Source: an uncultured Actinomycetes bacterium
GTDB taxonomy: Bacteria > Actinomycetota > UBA4738 > HRBIN12
DNA length: 64,000 bases
Direction of reading: 5' to 3'
Assembly: GCA_963817235.1 (NCBI GenBank)
Contig: CAWFNS010000001.1
Span: forward strand, 8,595 to 72,594
Shown here: one piece after another, positions 56,946 to 64,000 of the stretch
Numbering within the stretch: the stretch's first letter is position 1
Layout: each line of letters begins with the position of its first letter
Position numbers and translations under genes: made by a program
Notes under the pieces: generated by a model
Databases searched by the model: none
Seen by the model: only the letters and a program-made list of their open reading frames with translations
What the model was told of the DNA's origin: nothing

Positions 56946-57634
56946 TCCCGCCGCCGGCGAACCCGCTCATCGCGGCGCTCGACGTGTCCGATCCGGAGGA
57001 GGTCGAGCGCCTCGGCGCCCTCCTCGGGCCGCACGTCGGGATGCTGAAGGTCGGCCTCGAGCTGGCGTGGGCGATGGGCCCCGACGCCGTGCGGCGTGTC
57101 GGGGCCTACGGGCCGGTGTTCGTCGACGCGAAGCTCCACGACATCCCGAACACGGTCGAACGGGCGAGCGCGAACATCGCGCGCCTCGGCGTGGCGATGC
57201 TCAACGTGCACGCGTTGGGGGGTGACGCGATGATGCGGGCGGCTCGCGAGGGCGCGGCGCGCGGCGCCGAGGCCGCGGGCGTGCCGATGCCACTCGTGAT
57301 CGCCGTGACGGTGCTGTCGTCGCAGAGCGGCGAAGGGCTCGCGTCGCCGGCGTCGCTCGCCTGGGAGGCGAAGGAGGCCGGCCTCGACGGCGTCGTCGTG
57401 TCGGGTGAGGACGTCCGCGACGTCCGCGACGCGTGCGGTGACGCGTTCTGTCTCGCGGTGCCCGGCATCCGCCCGCCGGGTTCGAACGGCGACGATCAGG
57501 TGCGCGTGCTCACGCCGCGCGCGGCGATCGAGCGCGGCGCCGACTACCTCATCGTCGGACGACCGGTCACGGCGTCGGCCGATCCCGTGGGTGTGGTGCG
57601 CGGCATGCTGCATGACGTCGGCCGCTCCGGCTGA
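56942..57634 (+). CDS. pyrF: orotidine-5'-phosphate decarboxylase
   Basis: ALD, LKVG, D.KLHDIPNTV, VHALGG, AVTVLSS, PGIR, DQ.R..TP, VGRP. Confidence 0.95.
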   Translation: MIPPPANPLIAALDVSDPEEVERLGALLGPHVGMLKVGLELAWAMGPDAVRRVGAYGPVFVDAKLHDIPNTVERASANIARLGVAMLNVHALGGDAMMRAAREGAARGAEAAGVPMPLVIAVTVLSSQSGEGLASPASLAWEAKEAGLDGVVVSGEDVRDVRDACGDAFCLAVPGIRPPGSNGDDQVRVLTPRAAIERGADYLIVGRPVTASADPVGVVRGMLHDVGRSG

Positions 57635-57672
57635 GCCGTCGCGAAATCCGCAGGCCAGGACCTACGACGCGT

Positions 57673-57701
57673 TTGTCCCCCCAAGGAGCCGTGCGTATAC
57701 T
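57673..57701 (+). promoter_or_regulatory. housekeeping sigma70/HrdB promoter TTGTCC-N17-TATACT
   Basis: near-consensus -35 and -10 with 17-nt spacer upstream of mIHF. Confidence 0.8.
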
Positions 57702-57743
57702 CGCCGGGTTCCTGCACCTTCCGTCTACCGAAGGAGTACGTCG

Positions 57744-58061
57744 ATGGCTCTGCCTACGCTCACCCCGGAGCAGCGCACACAAGCGCTCGCGAAAGCCGCC
57801 GAGGCTCGCAAGAAGCGTGCCGAAGTCAAAGGCGAGCTGAAATCGGGGAAGCGCACGCTCGCCGATGTGTTGAAGCGGGCGAGCGGCGACGACACGCTCG
57901 GCAAGATGAAGGTCTCGACCGTCCTCGAGTCCCTCCCCGGTGTCGGCAAGGTCCGCGCGCAGAAGATCATGGAGGAGCTCGACATCTCCGCCAGTCGTCG
58001 CGTGCGCGGGCTCGGGTCGAAGCAGCGCGCGCTGCTGCTCGAGCGGTTCGGCAAGAAGTAG
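57744..58061 (+). CDS. mihF: actinobacterial integration host factor (mIHF/sIHF)
   Basis: MALP.LTPEQR..AL.KAA.ARK.RAE, KMKVS.VLESLPGVGKVRA..IM, RRVRGLG; AAGGAG RBS. Confidence 0.96.
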   Translation: MALPTLTPEQRTQALAKAAEARKKRAEVKGELKSGKRTLADVLKRASGDDTLGKMKVSTVLESLPGVGKVRAQKIMEELDISASRRVRGLGSKQRALLLERFGKK

Positions 58062-58074
58062 GCGCCGCCGCCTC

Positions 58075-58642
58075 GTGCACCGGGGCAGGCTGATCGTGAT
58101 CGCCGGTCCCTCGGGGGTCGGCAAGGGCACCATCGTTCGGCGGCTCCTCGCACGCGACCCACGCCGACTCGCCCTGTCCGTGTCGGCGACCACCCGTGCG
58201 CCGCGGCCGGCCGAGGTCGACGGCATCGACTACCGGTTCGTCTCCGAGGAGGACTTCGACCGGATGATCGCGGACGGCGAGCTCCTGGAGTGGGCCGAGA
58301 TCGTCGGGCACCGTTCCGGGACCCCCCGTGCCTTCGTCGACGAACAGCTCGGCGCCGGTCGGGACGTGGTGCTGGAGATCGACCCGAACGGCGCGGCCCA
58401 GATCCGCGACCGGGTCCCGGACCCGCTTGCTGATCTTCCTCATGCCCCCGTCGATGGACGAGCTCGAACGGCGCCTCCGCGGCCGGGGCACGGAGGACGA
58501 GGAGGCGATCCGCGGCCGCCTCGCGGCCGCCGAGCGCGAGCTCGAGGAGGCCTCCTGGTTCGATCGGGTCGTCGTGAACGACGATGCCGGACGGGCGGCC
58601 GACGAGGTCGCTGCTATCATCGAGGCGTCCCGCACCACCTGA
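58075..58642 (+). CDS. gmk: guanylate kinase (frameshift near 58425)
   Basis: GPSGVGKGT, SATTR.PR..E.DG..Y.F, LLEWA, LEID, PPS..EL..RL.GRG. Confidence 0.95.
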
Positions 58643-58663
58643 CCTGCAGGGAGTGCTGTCCGC

Positions 58664-58912
58664 ATGATCGAACCCAAGATCGATGACCTGCTCGCGACCG
58701 TCGACTCCAAGTACACACTGGTGATCTTGGCGGCGAAGCGCGCGCGGGAGATCAACTCGTACTACAACCAGCTCGGGGAAGGCCGCGGCGAGTTCGTTCC
58801 GCCGCTCGTCGAGACCGGCCTGCGCAACAAGCCGCTCTCGATCGCCCTCGAGGAGATCGCCGAGGGGAAGATCGACTACGAGCGCCCCGAGGAGCCCATC
58901 GTCATCGGATAG
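58664..58912 (+). CDS. rpoZ: RNA polymerase omega subunit
   Basis: P.IDDLL...[26 protein letters not shown]. Confidence 0.95.
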   Translation: MIEPKIDDLLATVDSKYTLVILAAKRAREINSYYNQLGEGRGEFVPPLVETGLRNKPLSIALEEIAEGKIDYERPEEPIVIG

Positions 58913-58916
58913 CCCC

Positions 58917-60122
58917 GTGGCCGGGCGGCGCGTGCTGCTCGGGATCACCGGGGGCATCGCCGCCTACAAGGCCGCGATCCTCGCGCGCGCGCTCGTCGTC
59001 GCTGAGGCCGAGGTCACCTGTGTCCTGACCGAGTCGGCGACCCGGTTCGTCGGCGCCGCGACGTTCGCCGCGTTGACCGGGCGGGAGGCGTTCACCTCCC
59101 TGTGGGAGCGCCCGGGCGAGGTCCTGCACGTCCGGCTCGCGCACGACGCCGACCTCGTCGTCATCGCGCCGTGCACGGCGAACGTCCTGGCGAAGCTCGC
59201 GCACGGCGCGGCCGACGACCTGCTGAGCGCGACCCTCCTCGAGTACGACGGCCCCGTCCTGCTCGCGCCCGCGATGCACACCGGCATGTGGAAGGCCGAT
59301 GGCGACGCGGGCCAACGTCGCGACGCTCGAGGCGCGCGGCGTCCGCTTCGTCGGACCGACGGAAGGTCCCCTCGCGCACGGCGACGAAGGCATCGGCCGC
59401 ATGAGCGAGCCGGACGACATCGTGCGGGCCGTGCTCGGCTCGCTCCGTCCTCGCGACCTCGACGGCCGCCGCATCCTGATCACGGCGGGCCCGACGCACG
59501 AGCCGATCGATCCGGTTCGGTTCGTCGGCAATCGGTCGAGCGGCCGGATGGGCGTTGCGCTCGCCGCCGAAGCGGCGGCACGGGGCGCGGCGGTGACCCT
59601 CGTCCTCGGCCCTGGCACGGTCGCGCCGCCGCCCGACGTCGACGTCGTGCGGATCGAGACGGCGGAGCAGCTGCGCGACGCCGTCCTCGAGCGCGCGAGG
59701 AGACGGCCGACGCCGTGGTGATGGCCGCCGCCGTCGCGGACTTCCGGCCGAAGATCGTCGCGCACACGAAGCTGAAGAAGGACCAGGGAGTGCCGGACAT
59801 CGTCCTGGAGCCGACGCCCGATGTGCTCGCGGAGCTGGGTGAACGGCGTCGCCCCGGTCAGATCCTGGTGGGGTTCGCGGCCGAGACCGGCGACGTGCTC
59901 GAGGCCGGGCGCGCGAAGCTCCGCCGCAAGCATCTCGATCTCCTGGTCGCGAACCTCGTCGGCCGGGAGGGGACCGGCTTCGGCAGCGACACGAACGAGG
60001 CCGCGATCCTCGACGCGGGGGGCGACGACGAGCCGATGCGCACGTGGACGAAGGCGCACCTGGCCGCGGCGATCTGCGATCGCCTCGCGCACGCGTTCGC
60101 CGACGCGCCCGGGCCCGGATGA
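58917..60122 (+). CDS. coaBC: bifunctional phosphopantothenoylcysteine decarboxylase/ligase (frameshifts near 59295 and 59700)
   Basis: GITGGIAAYKA, APCTAN, APAMH..MW, TAGPT.E.IDPVRF..N.SSG.MG, AAVADF, GFAAET. Confidence 0.95.
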   Translation: MAGRRVLLGITGGIAAYKAAILARALVVAEAEVTCVLTESATRFVGAATFAALTGREAFTSLWERPGEVLHVRLAHDADLVVIAPCTANVLAKLAHGAADDLLSATLLEYDGPVLLAPAMHTGMWKADGDAGQRRDARGARRPLRRTDGRSPRARRRRHRPHERAGRHRAGRARLAPSSRPRRPPHPDHGGPDARADRSGSVRRQSVERPDGRCARRRSGGTGRGGDPRPRPWHGRAAARRRRRADRDGGAAARRRPRAREETADAVVMAAAVADFRPKIVAHTKLKKDQGVPDIVLEPTPDVLAELGERRRPGQILVGFAAETGDVLEAGRAKLRRKHLDLLVANLVGREGTGFGSDTNEAAILDAGGDDEPMRTWTKAHLAAAICDRLAHAFADAPGPG

Positions 60123-60760
60123 GCGATCCGCGGGCGGCGAAGGACCTCGTCCGCGCTGGCTACGACGCGATCTCCGAGACCTATCGGGCCGACGCGTTCA
60201 CCCTCGAAGGCTCCGGCTACGAACGCGCGGTGCTCGCCGTGGAGCGCCGGACGCCGACCGGGGGTCGCGTGCTCGATCTGGGCTGCGGGTGCGGCGTCCC
60301 GGTCGCGCTGCGTCTCGCCCCGAGCTACGACGTCACCGGCGTGGACTTCAGTGCGCGGCAGATCGAGCGTGCGCGGGCGCTCGTGCCGGCGGCGACGTTC
60401 GTCCACGCCGACCTCACCGAGGTGGAGCTGCCGGCGGCGTCGTTCGACGCGGTGGTCTCGTTCTACGCGATCATCCACGTTCCCTTGGAGGAGCAACCGG
60501 CGGTCTTCGATCGGATCGCCCGCTGGCTGAAGCCGGGCGGGATCGTCTGCGCGAGCCTCGGGCACCGGGCATGGACCGGAACCGAGGACGACTGGCACGG
60601 AGCGCCGATGCGCTGGAGCCACGCCGACCGGGCGACGTACGCCTCGTGGCTCCTCGAGCGCGGCTTCCGGATCGACGACGAGTGGTTCATCCCGGAGGAC
60701 GACGGGGGCCATGCGGCGTTCCTCGCCACCCTCCTGACGGGCGTCGGCGAGCGCCGGTAG
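60119..60760 (+). CDS. class I SAM-dependent methyltransferase
   Basis: VLDLGCG.G, GVDFS..QI..A, ASFDAV.SFYAI.H, L.PGG. Confidence 0.88.
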   Translation: MSDPRAAKDLVRAGYDAISETYRADAFTLEGSGYERAVLAVERRTPTGGRVLDLGCGCGVPVALRLAPSYDVTGVDFSARQIERARALVPAATFVHADLTEVELPAASFDAVVSFYAIIHVPLEEQPAVFDRIARWLKPGGIVCASLGHRAWTGTEDDWHGAPMRWSHADRATYASWLLERGFRIDDEWFIPEDDGGHAAFLATLLTGVGERR

Positions 60761-60772
60761 ACTCGGCGGATC

Positions 60773-61972
60773 ATGAGCGAAGGCCACCTGTTCTCGTCCG
60801 AATCCGTCACCGAGGGCCACCCCGACAAGCTGGCCGACCAGATCAGCGACGCCGTCCTGGACGCGATGCTCGCGAAGGACCCGAACAGCCGCGTCGCGTG
60901 CGAGACCCTCGTCACCACGGGGGTCGTCGTCGTTTCCGGGGAGATCACCACGGACGGCTACGTCGACATCCCGTCGGTCGTGCGCCGGACCGTGACCGAC
61001 GTCGGCTACACGGACGCGAAGTTCGGGCTCGACGGGGAGACGTGCGGCGTCATCACCGCGATCCAGGAACAGTCGGCCGACATCGCGCTCGGCGTCGACC
61101 ACGCGCTCGAGTCGCGCGGCGCAGGCGCCGGCAGCGGGGATGAGCTCGATGTGCTCGGCGCCGGCGACCAGGGCATGATGTTCGGCTACGCGTGCCGCGA
61201 GACCGACGAGCTGATGCCGGTGCCGATCGCGGTGGCGCACCGCCTGTCGCATCGCCTGTCCGACGTTCGGAAGGCCGGCGTGATCCCGTACCTGCGGCCC
61301 GACGGCAAGAGCCAGGTCTCGGTGCGGTACGTGGACGGCAAGCCGACGCGCATCGACACCGTCCTGATCAGCGCCCAGCATCGCGAGGAGGTGGACGTCG
61401 AGACGCTGCTGCGACCCGACGTCGAGGCCGAGGTGATCGACCCCGTGCTCCGGGAGTTCCCCGATCTCGCGAGCGACGGGGTCAAGGTCCTCGTGAACCC
61501 CACCGGCCGGTTCGAGATCGGAGGCCCGAAGGCGGACACCGGACTGACCGGGCGCAAGATCATCGTCGACACCTACGGTGGGATGGCGCCGCACGGCGGC
61601 GGCGCGTTCAGCGGCAAGGACCCGACGAAGGTCGACCGCTCGGGCGCCTACATGACGCGGTACGTCGCGAAGAACGTCGTCGCCGCGGGCCTCGCCGACC
61701 GGTGCCTGCTCCAGGTCGCCTATGCGATCGGCACGGCGCACCCCATGTCGCTGATGGTCGACACCTACGGCACCGAACAGGTCGATCCCGCGAAGCTCGA
61801 AGCGGCGATCTGGGAGATCTTCGACTTCCGGCCGGCCGCGATCATCCGCGATCTCGACCTGCGCCGGCCGATCTACCTCGAGACCGCGGCGTACGGGCAT
61901 TTCGGTCGCAAGGAGTTCCCGTGGGAAGCGACCGACCGTGTCGACGCGCTCCGGAGCGCCTGCGGCGCCTGA
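60773..61972 (+). CDS. metK: S-adenosylmethionine synthetase
   Basis: [57 protein letters not shown]. Confidence 0.98.
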   Translation: MSEGHLFSSESVTEGHPDKLADQISDAVLDAMLAKDPNSRVACETLVTTGVVVVSGEITTDGYVDIPSVVRRTVTDVGYTDAKFGLDGETCGVITAIQEQSADIALGVDHALESRGAGAGSGDELDVLGAGDQGMMFGYACRETDELMPVPIAVAHRLSHRLSDVRKAGVIPYLRPDGKSQVSVRYVDGKPTRIDTVLISAQHREEVDVETLLRPDVEAEVIDPVLREFPDLASDGVKVLVNPTGRFEIGGPKADTGLTGRKIIVDTYGGMAPHGGGAFSGKDPTKVDRSGAYMTRYVAKNVVAAGLADRCLLQVAYAIGTAHPMSLMVDTYGTEQVDPAKLEAAIWEIFDFRPAAIIRDLDLRRPIYLETAAYGHFGRKEFPWEATDRVDALRSACGA

Positions 61973-63748
61973 GGTCCTCGCCGGTCCGGTCGCGATCTGC
62001 GTCGATCGGCCGATCCTCGCGCTCGACCGGCCGTTCACGTACGAGCTGCCGCGCGAGCTCGACGCGGGCGTCGGGTCCCTCGTCCGGTTCCGCTTCCACG
62101 GGAAGCTGACGAAGGGCTGGGTCCTCGGCGCCACCACCGACGTGCCGGCCCGGATGCTGCCGGTGCTCGGCGCGGTCTCGAACGTCCGCTCCTTCGACGA
62201 GGACGGGTTGTCGCTGGCGCGTTGGGTGAGCGAGCGGTACGTCGCGCCGCTCGCCACCGTCCTCGGCGCGATGGCGCCGCCGAGGGTCGCCGGCGAGGAG
62301 GACGCCCCGGTCCCGGTCCCGGCCCCGTTCGGAACGGTCGCGTCCGCACCGGACGCGGCTCTCGTCGTACGACCGGGGGCCCGAGCTGCTCGATGCGATC
62401 GATCGAGGCTCGGGCGCGTTCCTGGTGCGACCGGCGCCGGAGGATGAGCAGGCCGTCGCGGTGGAGGCCGTCGGCGCGTGCCTCGCGTCGGGACGCGGCG
62501 CCATCGTCGTGCTCCCGGAAGCCGCGCCGCTGCCCGCGACCGCGGTCGCGCTGCGGGAGGCGTTCGGTGAGCGGGTGTGCGTGTTCGCCGGGGGCGACCG
62601 GCGGCGACGCTACCGGAACTGGCTGGACCTGCACGCGGGGCGTCTTCGACGTGGTGGTCGGCACACGACCGGCCGTCTTCGCGCCGGTCGCCGACCTCGG
62701 GCTGCTGTTCATCTCCCGCGAATCGCATCCGGCGCACCACGAGGATCGGGCGCCGTACTACCACGTCCGCGACGTCGCGCTCCGCCGCGCACAGCTGCGC
62801 GGCGCGGCGGTCGTGCTGGAGGCGTTCTGTCCCTCCTCGGAGGCCGCGGGGCTCGGGCTCCCGATCGCCGCACCGCGCGAGCGCCGCTGGCCGAAGGTCG
62901 AGGTCGTCCGTCCCGGCACGGAAGGGCGCGCGCCGCGGCTGGTCGCGGCATTGAAGGAGGCTCGGCGCGCGTTCGTGTACGCGCCCGTGCCGGGCGCCGG
63001 CGTCGCCCAGGTCTGCCGATCGTGCGGCGCCCCCGCGGCCTGCGCGTCGTGCGGCGGCCTGCTGCGGCTCGAGGAGGGCGTGATCAGGTGCGTCGTCTGC
63101 GAGGCGCCGGGCCGCTGCGCCGTCTGCGGCGGGACGGACCTGGGGATCCGCCGTGGCGGCGCCGAGCGCGTCGAGGCGTGGGTCGGGCGCGTGGCGTCGG
63201 TGCCGGTGGCGCGGCCGAGGCAGCCCCGGCTCCCCAAGCGGACGGGCGAGATCGTGATCGGGGGCGCCGAGGACGTCCGGGACCTCGGGGTGGGCGACCT
63301 CGACCTGGTCGCCGTCCTCGATGCCGACGCGGCCGAGCGTCGCCCCGGGCTCGCCGGGCCCGAGCGCGCGCTCTCGATCTGGATGGAGGCGGTGGCGTGG
63401 GCGCGCCCGTCGGGACACGCGATCGTGCAGAGCTCGAACGCGTCGGATCCCGCCGTGCAGGCGCTCGTCCGCGGGAACCCCGATCGCTTCTGGCTGCGCG
63501 AACGCGAACGCCGCGCCGCCGCCGGGTTCCCGGTGGGAGCGTGCGTCTTCCGCGTGGTCGGCGCGCCCGCGCTCGAGGACGCCCTCGCCGAGCATGCACC
63601 GCTCACCGCGTTGATCACGACCCTCGGGGACCGGACGGTATGCTTGCTCGCGCTCGAGCCCGGCCGTGTCCCCGCGTTCGGTCGCGCGATGCGCGATCTC
63701 GCCGGCAAGGGTGTCGTGGAGCGCGTCGAAGCCGAACCGCATCTGTGA
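61938..63748 (+). CDS. priA: primosomal protein N' (PriA) with degenerate helicase motifs (frameshifts near 62370 and 62640; start approximate)
   Basis: LDRPFTY, V.VRF.G, VVGTR.AVFAP, YHVRDVA..RA, four CxxC Zn ligands, GAERV. Confidence 0.85.
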
Positions 63749-63757
63749 GGGAACGCC

Positions 63758-64000
63758 GTGATCCTGCCCATCCGAACGCTCGGAGATCCCGTCCTGCGCG
63801 AGCCGACGAAACCGGTCGAGCACGTCGATCGTCGCCTCCGGCAACTCGTGAAGGACATGGGCGAGACGATGTACGCGGCGCCGGGCGTCGGCCTCGCCGG
63901 TCCGCAGGTCGGGATGTCGATCCGGCTGTTCGTGTTCGACGATGGGCAGACCGGCCCGCTCTGCGTCGTGAACCCCGAGCTCGACGACGGCGAGGGCGAG
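63758..64000 (+). CDS. def: peptide deformylase (partial, runs off window)
   Basis: I...GDPVLR, DM.ETMYAAPGVGLA.PQVG, NPE. Confidence 0.92.
   Translation, partial: MILPIRTLGDPVLREPTKPVEHVDRRLRQLVKDMGETMYAAPGVGLAGPQVGMSIRLFVFDDGQTGPLCVVNPELDDGEGE

Overview
High-GC bacterial chromosomal DNA from an actinobacterium (mIHF, actinobacterial RpoZ and gene order), probably a deep-branching lineage (inference). Most of the window is the conserved core block pdxST-yebC-ruvCAB-yajC-HD-secDF-apt-rel-dtd-hisS-aspS-rarA-alaS-ruvX-mltG-aroE ... aroCKBQ-pepQ-efp-nusB-pyrRBC-carAB-pyrKDF-mIHF-gmk-rpoZ-coaBC-metK-priA-def. Between aroE and aroC lies a ~16 kb type IVa pilus locus with no secretin: a Roadblock/LC7-domain protein, PilB with an MshEN-like N-terminus, PilT, PilC, two tandem major pilins, an antisense PMT-type (GT39) glycosyltransferase, three minor pilins, PilD, a small Xis/BldC-type HTH protein preceded by a ~9-bp direct-repeat array, and PilM-N-O-P-like genes. 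Three promoters in this locus share a WhiG/FliA-type motif. Other oddities are a SecD with five Cys-pair repeat modules, a PyrD that has lost its catalytic Cys/Asn residues, a PyrR leader with an SD-sequestering hairpin, and a LexA box over the ruvC start. Roughly 40 small frameshifts (counted by eye), many in essential genes, indicate uncorrected sequencing indels. Genes are therefore given with reconstructed boundaries, and several long ORFs in the supplied track are chimeras. No rRNA, tRNA, CRISPR array or mobile element was seen.
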